From Neodothiora populina (taxonomy: Eukaryota), in assembly GCF_041146345.1 (NCBI RefSeq), contig NW_027191419.1:682001-746000 (forward strand): DNA of 64,000 nucleotides, read 5' to 3'. Under the pieces are notes generated by a model. The model searched no databases and was not told where the DNA came from. It worked only from the letters and a program-made list of their open reading frames with translations. Below, piece by piece: positions 51,402 to 62,577 of the stretch. Made by a program: the position numbers and the translations under genes. Every line of letters begins with the position of its first letter. Positions within the stretch are counted from its first letter, which is position 1.

Positions 51402-52303
51402 TGATGCCAAGACGTAACACCAGACAAGTCAGAGTATACAAAATCTGTAGGTAATGACAATCGAGAATACGTGTTAAGAGATTCAAACGAGAGGATGCGA
51501 AGTCAGTGAGAAACCGAGTGTTTACTAGACGCTTGAAAGCAGGTGAATAAGAAGGAATGGCTGTCGGGCGAGTTTTGGAGAAAACGAATGCTCTCCAGCG
51601 AGGCAGGATAAAGTACCTTGAGATGAATTGGCGCCACCCCACAAACATCAGGCATGGGGTAATCCACCAATCAAGGGTGGGCGTCTGATAAACATTGCAA
51701 GTTGGGTATGACCTGCATTCTAAGGTATGTAGCATTACTCAGAACATATAGCGCATTCCACGCTTGCCTAGGCGAGGAACAATAATTTCATTTCTCCGAA
51801 ACAAAGTGCTGAATCCAGCGACATAACAGATCAAGGCAGCACTTTCATGCAGCTTAACTCTGTTACATGTATAAAGGGCATATCAGATTCGATTCCGATC
51901 AGTCCAGTTGTATCTGTCATCACAAGCCGAGCACTAGAAGAGATCATTTACAAAGTGATACCACTCTTTGACTTTAAAAAAAGTTGGGCCTGATGACTAT
52001 ATGCAGAACAGTCCACCTGCAACCAAAGTTGTACGCAGTAGCAGTAACGGGTTCTACAATAACCACAGTGTTCACAGCACGAACCCAAGGAATATAAATC
52101 GATGCCACAATGACTTCTTTTCCGGATCTACGAGGACAATTCGCGGAAGGGACTTCACCGTGGATCTAAAAATGGGAGGTTGAGAAGAAGAATTGGGAGA
52201 GGACGCTTTTTGTCGAGCACGTGGATATCGTAAGAAGGCAAGACTAGAAAATAAGATGAAAAGAAGCCCGTGGTAAGCCAGTCCTTTTATATTGACTGCT
52301 CCT

Positions 52304-53087
52304 CTAAACCTTCATCTCGGAGAGACCGTGCTGCAGGGACAGTTAGTCATTGATTACACGGTATTTCAAAACAAGTCAGACTTGCCTTCCAGATGGTCAC
52401 GAAAGGAGTGACACCGTCCTCACGGTAGTTGAGGAGGATGACCATTCCATCGGGGTCCATGGACTCGCCAATGAAGAACTCGTAATCCTTGAAGTTACCG
52501 ACAATCTTCTTGGCGTAAGCAGCGGCGCCCTTCTCGAAAGCGGTGACATCCTCGTCGGAGGCCTTGTTGGCCTTCATGGTCTCCTTGACCTTCTTCATGT
52601 AGCCCTTGAGGTAGGTGAGGTAGGACTTCTTGTCGAAAGAGGTCTCGTTAAGACGGAAAGAGTGGACGACATCGATGACGGTCTCGGCGGTGTCGTCGGT
52701 CTGCTCCTCGCCGTCCTCAGCAGAAGGGTTGGCACCAATGTCTGTGGACAAATGTCAGACCACTTGTCTCATGTAATCTTTTCCTCCGTAGTGTGGTTGA
52801 GTGGTGATGCGACGCTACATACCGAATGACTCGGCACCGATGGTGATCTTCTTGCAGTCGGCCTCGTAGACAGCGCCGTCGATCAGCTTAAGATCGTACG
52901 AGTCAGAGATGAGCTCGTCTCCGGTGATGATGTCCTGCGCAAGAGAGGTGGTCAGCATTGGGCTCAAGAGAAAAAGGTGAAGAGGGGTAAGGCAGAATCG
53001 TGAAGGTCTGTCAAGGCGGGAACTCCTCAGACACCCTGCTACGATAGCGCCACCTGGGAGAATATAGCGCACCTTGTAAATGATCAT
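52304..53087 (-). CDS. TMA19: Translationally controlled tumour protein (TCTP), 4 exons, last intron GC-AG
   Basis: [18 protein letters not shown]...IGANPSAE...[12 protein letters not shown]...[19 protein letters not shown]. Confidence 0.96.
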
Positions 53088-53600
53088 TTTGGCGGTATGA
53101 AGATGGATAGAGAGGTGGTGAGAGGAAGAGAAGTGGTGAAGAGGGGGGACGAAAGAGTGGTAAAGTCAACAGGAAATGTTGGAGACGTGGGGCTTTTTTC
53201 CTTCTGCTTCCTCTTCTGGCTTCTGGGCCATAGGGAAAGAGGAAAGACCCTCGGGACCGTCCAGCCCTGACTCTCTACTCGCTTTTACTCGCTGTTACTC
53301 GCTGTCACTCGCTTTGTCTCTGCTTTCTCTGCCTTGCGCTAACCCTATCCTGACTCGCCTGATCCGCTTGAACGTCTTGGCTCTCTTTCATGCATCCAGG
53401 TTGGTCACAGCTTACAGTAATAGCAGAAGCAGCACAAACGCCAAGATTATCCCCTTCGGCTACCGCCCGCTCGGGCCACACACTGCTGAAATCTCAGCTT
53501 CCTCCCAGACCCCAAACTCCATCTCGAAAGTTGGAACTTTTTGATCTTGATCTTGATCTCCAGCGCATCCATCACGACCAGCCCCGCCGCCAAAACGTAG

Positions 53601-53825
53601 GTATGTTCTCGCTTCGTACAACAAGCAAAGTAGTGCCCTTCAGGTAGCCAAGGAGATCACTCACCACGCACGCGCCGTGAGATATATATACATATCTCGC
53701 AATGTGCCTGGTGACACTGGTTTACCTATCACGGACGAGCTGAAGAACCCTTCAAAATGTCTGTAGCGGACTGAAGGGCACTCTTTGCGCTCATGGCTTC
53801 CGAGGGCTAACATGTATCTCCACAG
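53601..53825 (+). promoter_or_regulatory. Structured 5'-UTR intron of RPS22
   Basis: GTATGT donor, GCTAAC branch point and CAG acceptor 50 nt before the ATG. It contains a long inverted repeat (53625-53643 / 53771-53788). Confidence 0.75.
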
Positions 53826-53875
53826 ATACCTCATACCGCAACTCGCCGTTTGAGAATCTCAGTCAATACTTCAAA

Positions 53876-54509
53876 ATGGTCAAGACTTCCGTCCTTAACG
53901 ATGCGCTCAACGCCATCAACAACGCCGAGAAGAGCGGCAAGCGCCAGGTCCTCATCCGCCCCAGCTCCAAGGTCATTGTCAAGTTCTTGAGCGTCATGCA
54001 GAAGCACGGTATGTAATGTCATGTCCAGCTACCATCAATCCCCCCTCTATCCCTTCACCATCACCAATCCTACCCGGGTTGATAACTAGGCGGACGGTCT
54101 CAAAAATCCCACGGCCTCTGCCCTTTAAGTATCCGGAACATCAGAGATTCTTTCTCAGCGAAGATCTTACACGTTCACCGATCTTTCCCATGAAGTACAG
54201 CTTTTAAATTTTCGCGACATATCCCACTGACATGCTCTTTGCATTTCAGGCTACATTGGCGAGTTCGAGGAGGTTGACGACCACCGCAACGGCAAGATTG
54301 TCATCCAGCTCAACGGACGTCTCAACAAGACTGGTGTCATTTCTCCCCGCTACAACGTCCAGCTCCGTGACATGGAGAAGTGGGTTGTCAAGCTCCTTCC
54401 TTCCCGTCAATTCGGTTACATCGTCCTTACCACCTCTGCCGGTATCATGGACCACGAGGAGGCCCGCAGAAAGCATGTCGCTGGCAAAATCCTCGGGTTC
54501 TTCTACTAG
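53876..54509 (+). CDS. RPS22: 40S ribosomal protein S22 (uS8)
   Basis: [38 protein letters not shown]...[20 protein letters not shown]...GKILGFFY*. Intron 54009-54250. Confidence 0.97.
54073..54222 (+). ncRNA. snR44: Intronic box H/ACA snoRNA, snR44 homolog
   Basis: The 5' hairpin CCGGGTTGATAACTAG...TTTAAGTATCCGG resembles yeast snR44 (recalled from memory). Box H ACATCA lies at 54138-54143, the second hairpin is closed by GCGAAGAT/ATTTTCGC, and ACA is at 54217-54219. Yeast snR44 also lies in RPS22B intron 2. Confidence 0.82.
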
Positions 54510-55088
54510 ATGTCGAAAGACGACTAGACGGTTGTGATCCAGGGATGGTCAAATAAAAGTTTTATATGCGTGTCTGAATAGATACCCAATCAAGGCCTGC
54601 ATTTGGCGCGCACCTATCTTTTTGCTATTCTTCTCTTCGTGATTATGTATGTGTGAAATGTTTCGGAGGATTTGAATTTTCTACTGAATCCTGGAGTGCT
54701 ATTGTGAATGTGGTAAGGTGAGCACTGGCATGACCAAGGTAGAAAACTGCCGTTGCCTCCTCGCAAGATTAAGATGTGCATATGTGACGAGCAGCACACC
54801 GCCGCGGTGGTTTGGCTTTGCTTTCACCCGTGTGTTGCACGTTATTGTCCGTGTGAAGATATCAGAATCAAAAATATCAGAGTCCCCGCGTCTAAAGCAG
54901 TGGCCCAACGAAGATTCTGTGCTGCGATCTGACACGCCGCTGACGGCATTGCTTAATTGCACGGCGTCAATAGTCCATCAAGGTTTCCTGACTGTGGCAC
55001 GCATCCTTTGTGACTCCCGTCCTTACACCACCTATAGTAACATCTACAGCTACCGGATTACCCCATATACGCCATCTGTATATATATA

Positions 55089-56961
55089 ATGGTCCTCGAA
55101 ACGATATACGTTACCCGACATGGGGTGAGTTTTGATTCCATTGCATCAGTCCCCAAGCGCGTCAAGCACCCCCATCGATCTCTATTAGTCGACGTGGGGC
55201 AATTGCGATTTTCAGTAGCGCACGTCGCATCCAGTCGTATGATCGATACATATTCAAACTAGCAACGTGGATTATCAAGACGCTGCACTGTATCCTGTTG
55301 TTCTCGTCGCTGCGGTTTAGTCACTCAATGGCTTCCATGTCGTGCTCTGACATCACATTCCCGCTTCACCACAGCGTGGTTATGGACTCTAACAGTGGTC
55401 TACAAGAACAATAGAACTAATGTCTGTCCTATTAGTTCCGCTCGAACTGGGTTGTCGATCCGAGCACTGGCACATACTATAGCAATCTGCCGACGCCTAC
55501 AGGCATCCCGTCGGATCCTGCTCTGGCGGCGAAGGGTGTGGACCAGTCAAAAGAACTTGCTACACACCTCTTGAGCGCAGATCCTCCGATCGATGTGGTG
55601 TACTCGTCTCCGTTCTATCGATGTCTCCAGACTCTTGAGCCTACCATAGAAGCACTGAATGCCGATCGATCTGGAGATGACAAGATCTTGATTCATCCCG
55701 AGAACGGGTTGGGCGAGTTTTATGGTCTCGCGCGATTCGATCATCCATCTCCTGCAACGCTACAAGTGTTATCGTCCCACTTTCCCCGGCATCTGAAGAC
55801 GGATTATGATACTCCACTGATTCGCCCCTCGACCAATGGCGAATCACTAGAGGCTTTGCACGATCGCATCGCCTACTGCTTACACCACATCATCAAAAGA
55901 CTCGATGAAGACCCCAAAGGACCAAAGACTTTGTTAATCTGCACTCACGCCGCCAGCATGATCTGTATCGGCCGAGCATTGACTGGCCGATTACCAGAAG
56001 ACATGGGCGAGGACGACTTCAGATGCTTCACTTGCGCCTTGTCCCGATTCGATCGCCGACAAAAGCCAACGACAGACAGAACCGCCGACAGCAAAACCGA
56101 GGAACATTCCTGGGATCCCGAGAACCCGGAGAAGATCCCGGATGTGAACTGGAAGAACGGGTCAGGGGTTATGGGAGGTTGGGACTGCGTCATGAACGGA
56201 GACTGCTCATTCTTAAGTCAGGGAGAAGAACGTGGATGGTATGATTGCTATTTCCTCTTCTGTTGTCACTTCTGCTCTTTGACTCATCGTCACCCTTTAC
56301 CCTCTTGCGTCCTACACCCCTTTTGCGTCCTACATCGTGACATGTTTCTGCCATGCCAAAAGACTTGCACGAACACGAAAAGCGCAAGCTTGCGCAAGTA
56401 TCTTCTATTTCAACAATAGGAAGTTGTATACTAGACCTTACTTACTAGGCATTGGTGGTTCGAACCCGGACACGAGAACATGAAGCACTTTATGACAGAC
56501 GAAACAAGTGGGACCTCGCCTTCAGCAGCTTCTCCGGAATGTCTCAATTGATCGAAGTGACTCGACTGCAGTCGTGCTCAACATCCCAGCACCCACAGTC
56601 GCCGCAGCGGCAGAACGAAACACGCTGTCTGGGTGCCGTTTCGACTGCAAGCAACGACCTCAACAATGCATATAAGCACCAGGATCCAGACTTATATGGT
56701 CTTCAACGACCACTGCACCGAGCCTCGCAAATCCACATCACAGCACAGACACCAATTACCAAACTTCCCCGATACCTCGCGAACACTCAAGACACATGGA
56801 AAAAAACAATTTGCTTACAAGAACTCTTTTGCAACAAAAACAGGCGCTTCAGTGGCGACGAATCATTCCTCCGCGACCCCAACGCATTCAACGACGCGGC
56901 CAACGAAAAGGCTATAGATGGAGAAGGGCACTTTATCAAGGGTTCGGGGCCGAAGATATGA
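55089..56961 (+). CDS. Histidine phosphatase/phosphoglycerate-mutase-family protein (TFIIIC tau55/YNL108C-like), 3 exons
   Basis: MVLETIYVTRHG/FRSNW (RHG motif), VYSSPFYRCLQT, ENGLGE, LICTHAA and GEERGW/RFSGDE. Introns 55125-55435 and 56239-56844. Confidence 0.85.
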
Positions 56962-58305
56962 GAGCTTTTTTCGGTTCTTGCTGTGATTTTTGGAGTACAC
57001 ATGCACGCAGCACGGGTCTGATAGAATGGGCACGGAAACGAGGTTCATTGGCATAGAGAAAAGAGGATGTTGGCTTGATATGGTCTTCAACTGCGGTTTA
57101 ACGATAAAATGCAGAGATTGACTGCGTCCAATACGTAGTACCTTTTGAGAAGGGTCTTCGTCGATCTTTTCCCGCCCTTTTCCCTTTTCTTCATTCACGG
57201 AACTATGTTATGCCTCTGGCGTAGACGAAATAATGACATCCGCTCGATAGCGACCCAAGAAGGAGAGTGTAGAAACCACCTCTCCCCCGTCTCTATCGAT
57301 CCGATTGACCAGTGGGTTGCGAAGAGTGACACACCCAAGTGCACGAGGTGATAGTCTCTCAAATGCGAGAACATTAGACTGAATCTTTGCCATCACCTCT
57401 GTGTATCCGCCGTACTATCTGACAAGTACCTTACGTCAGGGGTAAAAGCGAGACAAGGTAGGCAAGGGAAGAGAAGTGGGAGCAATGGGTGTATAACGTC
57501 GAGCTCTCCTCCTCGCTCGCTCTGCGTGGACAGAGTATATCTGAAAGCAAAGTCTTGTGTATCACTTTGTCTTTCACTCACTACGCGTATCCTCATGCCT
57601 TGCTTTGTACGGCTTAGAGACCTGGATGGCCCTGTTCTTACATTTCTCTCCTGACCCCTTCTTGATTTTTCAATCTCGTCTTTAACTGCATCTGCAGTTC
57701 CAACATCATCTTTGTCTTTTGTCTTTGTCTTCGCTCTTGTCAAAGGAGGAAACAAAGGCGTGAGAGGATCAACGAAAGGCGTCAAGGTAGGACGAAGGAA
57801 CGAGGAAAGAGAACGACAGGGTCACTCTACTGTATCCGACCTGTCGGCTTAGGGCACATTACACCATAAAGTCTGCCTTCCCATATGCCGGTCTTGGTAC
57901 AGGTCGGATAGAACGCTGACTGCTACACTACCTTGTAAGACAATTTAGATCTCTATTTTTCCGCGGTTCCAAATCATGGGATACATGCACACATATCAAA
58001 GGCACTTGAGGTTTGGTATATTGCGAATAGAGAGAAGAAAAAGACACCTAGAGGCAAGAGAATTGCTTTGGAAACACCGCTTTTTTGTCATTTGCCTTTG
58101 ATCCGTAGTACGAGCCCAGTGGGAATAAAAACTTGAGCACGCCCTTTTAGTCTTCCATTGACAAAGTTACATAACACAAGCGATCCGTCTGGAATCGCAG
58201 TGTGCAGACATTTGCCGACGCCATTTTGGATTTCCATTCCCTCCCCAGCAACCGGAAATCGTTTCATCCGGTTGTCAAGCAGTAAAAAGAAAAAGAAAAG
58301 AGCAT

Positions 58306-59242
58306 TTAAGCGGAGGTGATGGCCTTGCGGGCGCGGGCACCACGCTGGCGAGAGCTCAGGTGGAGAGCCTTGTCCTCGGGGGCCTTGGCGACGGTCTCCT
58401 CGGCCTCGACGAGGATCATCTCGATGTGGCAGGGGTTGGACATGTAAGGGTTGATCTGGCGGATTCATTAGATTTGTTGTTGGTTTTGGATGAGAAGAGA
58501 ACATACGCGACCGTGAGCGCGGTAAGTACGGCGGCGCTGCTTGGGGGCCTGGTTGACCTGGATGTGCTTGATGATGAGGTTGGAGGTGTCAAGACCCTTG
58601 GTGTCGGCGTTGGCCTCGGCGTTCTTGAGGAGCGAGAGAAGGAACTCTGCGCTCTTGACGGGCCAGCGGGCCTTGGAGACACCGAACTGCTTGCCTTTTG
58701 GGATGTTTTAGTATTTGTGTATTCGCCCGTGATTTTGAGCTTCTCGAGTACACTCAATGCTCCAGAGGCAGGGAAGAGAGGTAGTCGCAAGACGCGGAAA
58801 ATTGCAAGAAGGGAACTTTCGTTCAAGATGACTCCGGATCGACAAGAGCTTTCGGTCTTTTCGTCCATTGTTCATTCATTCTCGATCTCCTTTTCTCCAC
58901 TCTTTTTCTCCCCTGTCCCTCCAGAGACACTTCATGTCTCGTATGCATCCTCGCATCTGGCAGACTTACCCTGGGCGGTGCGGCCAGTGCTCCCGGCATA
59001 TCTCCTCATGGGGACGGCCTCGACGTGACCCTTGACGTTCTCAAGGTACTGGACGGCGCGCTGGAGCTTCCATCCGTTGATGGCCTGGGCGGTCTCGCGG
59101 GTGTTCTTGAAAGACACACGGAGGTAAGAGCCACGGGCGCGGGCAGACTTGGCGGGCTCGAGCTGTTGGGCGGCGTAACGGACCTGGAGAGAACATGTCA
59201 GTGGATGCGTAGGTTGTCGCATGTAGGGGAGAACAATACCAT
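58306..59242 (-). CDS. RPL17: 60S ribosomal protein L17 (uL22), 4 exons; the first coding exon is ATG only
   Basis: VRYAAQ...[22 protein letters not shown]...[21 protein letters not shown]...[22 protein letters not shown]. Confidence 0.97.
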
Positions 59243-59797
59243 CTTGTCGGTGTTGAAATTGTCTCGTTGGGCGACTGAGAGGGGGAAGGACGAGAAGCAA
59301 AATGAAGCGCAAAATCAAAAGTCGAATCGAGAGTCTGCGAGTGTGAGGAAGGAGCGTCTGTGCGCAGAGAGACAGTCTTGGCGACAGAGCAGATTCACAA
59401 CGAAATTCAAGTGCTTCGGTGGACAGAGGGAGAGAGGGTCCGGCGACAAGCGAGACCAACCGGGGGAACTCCGGTGTCTTCCTCGAAAACTCCAACGCAC
59501 GGACTCTGACAAAGGCCCTTCCCTGGATAAGCTTACGCTCGAGTCTTGGCAGAAGCGAAGAAGTTTGGAGCAAGTCAAGAACTTTTTCCATCTCTGCTTT
59601 TGGCTGAAGCACGAGAGCTTGTCATTCCATCATTTTTCATTCATCCCGAAAGATTCTTTTTCTTACGTTCAGATCGCCAGGAACCAGGCGTCTAATCCAC
59701 TACAGTCGCCTTCACTCAGACAGGGAATCCTCCCCTAGCGACGACTACAGTCTTCCTTTCGACAAGCTTTTCCAAGAAACAACCCTCACATTCAGCA

Positions 59798-60903
59798 ATG
59801 GCTTTCACTCCCCGTGGTGGTCGTGGTGGTGCTCCTAGAGGAGGCGGTGGTATGCGCGGCGGTGGTGGTGGTCGCGGCGGCTTCGGCGGCGGCAGAGGTT
59901 AGCTTGTTCCTCGACCTATCTCGAAACCCACAAGTTGCTGACTTTCTCTCTGCAGGTGGCTTCGGCGGCGGTGACCGTGGTGGACGTGGAGGCGCAAGAG
60001 GCGGTCGTGGTGCTCCTCGTGGAGGCCGTGGTGCCCCTCGTGGTGGTGCTCGCGGTGGTCGTGGTGGCGCAGCTGGCGCAAGAGGTGGTGCTAAGACCAT
60101 TGTCGTACGTCTTCCCTTTCTCTCTCTCTCAATCATCCAGACATGGTAGCTGACAAGACACCAAACAGGAGCCTCACCGTCACGCCGGTGTCTTCATCGC
60201 CCGCGGAAAGGAGGACATGCTCTGCACCCGAAACGTCGCCCCCGGTGTTGCCGTCTACGGCGAGAAGCGCATCACTGTCGATGTCCCTGCTTCCACGACT
60301 GGCGACGCCACTGCTGGCGCTGACCCCGCTGCAACCACCAAGGTCGAGTACCGTGTGTGGAACCCTTTCCGTTCCAAGTTGGCCGCTGGCATCCTCGGTG
60401 GTATGGAGGACATCTACATGAAGCCCGGCAGCAAGGTTCTCTACCTCGGTGCCGCCTCCGGTACCTCCGTCTCTCACGTTGCTGATATCGTCGGCCCCAC
60501 CGGTACCGTCTACGCCGTCGAGTTCTCTCACCGTTCCGGCCGCGATCTCATCAACATGGCCACTCACCGCACCAACGTCATCCCCATCGTCGAGGATGCC
60601 CGTCACCCTCTCAAGTACCGCATGCTCGTCGGCATGGTCGACTGCATCTTCGCCGATGTTGCCCAACCCGATCAGGCTCGTATCGTCGGTCTCAATGCAC
60701 ATCTCTTCCTCAAGGTCGGAGGTGGTGTTCTTGTCTCCATCAAGGCCAACTGTATCGACTCGACCGCCGCCCCCGAGGCCGTCTTCGCCAGAGAGGTCGT
60801 CAAGCTCAGAGAGGAGCGCATCAAGCCCAAGGAGCAGCTCACCCTCGAGCCCTTCGAGAGAGACCACGCCATGGTTGCCGGTATCTACCAAAGATCTGCT
60901 TAG
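59798..60903 (+). CDS. NOP1: Fibrillarin, rRNA 2'-O-methyltransferase
   Basis: N-terminal GAR domain, then [39 protein letters not shown] and FADVAQPDQ. Two introns. Confidence 0.97.
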
Positions 60904-61694
60904 ATTCTGTTCCTTTTTTGCATCTAGACATGATGATATTAGGGATGGGTGATTTTCTGAGTTATGATATGCGATGATATCTGAACAGCATACGTGTGTT
61001 TTGTACGCTTTTACTGTATTTCCTTTTCTCCCGAAACAGGGTGCGTCAGTACCCAGGACGGTTGAGAAAGAACAAAAATAGCTGGAAAAGGGAGGGGTTC
61101 GGTCTTTGTTGATTGGAGACCTAAAGCTGCTGTACATTGGGCTGGCGTTTTTTTCTTCTTTATTGCTGCGCAGAGTCTCTGAAAGTTCCCGGGGCATTAT
61201 TTTCGATGGGAGTTCTAAAGGCGTTACCTTTTTAACCCAGCTTCTATTTTCTTCTTTCCTCTGACCCAAAGTTCCATCCGTCCTCCCTTGTTTTCGTCCT
61301 TCTCATGGTTTCCGGGACTTCGCAATGACAAAAATAAAAATAGATTTCCACTGTTCAGTCTGTTTGTCTCGTGCCTGGTGCTTTGTCTGATGGCATTTCG
61401 CAGTCGAAGGTACCTTAGATAGTAGGTGGTTACCTTATTGTTCCTTCCTTCTCTTAAACGACCTTCTTCTCGGAGACAAGGTCGAAGTAATAAAGGAAGT
61501 CACGACGCTCCCGGCCCATGTCAAGATAAGATATCCATCCCATACACCCCATTGGACCAAGGAACAGCTCGATACCTCATCCTAAGGTATATACACTACC
61601 AAGATCTTGACAGTGATATACCGTACCGCATCACCTCAGATGTCCACATCTCGACAAAAAAACCATCGACAGATCCAGCTCGACGGATTCATGT

Positions 61695-61744
61695 CATCAT
61701 CATCATCATCATCATCATGATCATCATCATCATCATCATCATCA
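61695..61744. repeat. (CAT)n microsatellite, intergenic
   Basis: About 16 units with one interruption. Confidence 0.92.
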
Positions 61745-62577
61745 CCAAGCCTCTGACCTGCCTTTCAAACTTCTTCCCCGCCTCCACTACTAACAAAAGG
61801 TTGATAGAAACTTCACGAGAACAACGATGGGGGTAGCTTGATCTACATGCTATACTGAAATTAGTAGAAATAAGGAACGTCCGTCACGTTTCTACTAGAA
61901 ATCCAATGTTTTCTCTCCAACACCGACCTCTTTGGTTTGTATGAACGATGGGAATATTCGAATGATGTTACTACCTCAGTGGTTGGCTTTCTAGGAGTAG
62001 CCGTCAATTCCATCACCTACCTGACACAAGTCCCGTCCTCTTAATAAGACCAAGCAGATAAATCGAGAAGTGCTGATATGGCAGCTTGGGTCGGAGCCTG
62101 TAAGTCTGGCCTGGAGATGCCGAGGACAGGGGAACTCGTCATTTATATCGGACGCGCCCGGGATGCTTCTTGGTGTATTAACTAAATCTCGATACTAGAG
62201 AGGAAGGAGAAGTGGAATTAAGATAGAGGTGTATTCTATATTCGTATCATCGGAGTCTGGCTTGGGTACGATCAGCTCGCTAATCGTTCACATGATTTTG
62301 GACAGTGTATAACACTGCCACGATGTCTGTTTTGCAGCTTGTACCGCCACGGCTCACTGTCTGGCTTTGCTGCGGCATATGTAGTCGTTCTTGTCTCGTC
62401 GGGTTTCCTGGATGACAGATTGAATGCATCGCGTCAAGTAGAAGGCTGCGGGTTTGGTGGATTGGATTCGGCTCTATGTACCTAGTCTTGACTGGGACCT
62501 TTGCTGGAAACTCTAACGGAGTCGTACAATGTGAACGACTACAAAGCATGAACACGACCATCCTTTTTCAAACAACC

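Noticed and set aside
53339..53348. CTAACCCTA as a telomerase RNA template or telomeric repeat
   Set aside because: Single short match inside a bidirectional promoter, with no supporting structure.
58835..58885. Hammerhead-ribozyme-like TGAATGA...GAAA in the RPL17 intron
   Set aside because: Lacks the CUGANGA core and a valid NUH cleavage site.
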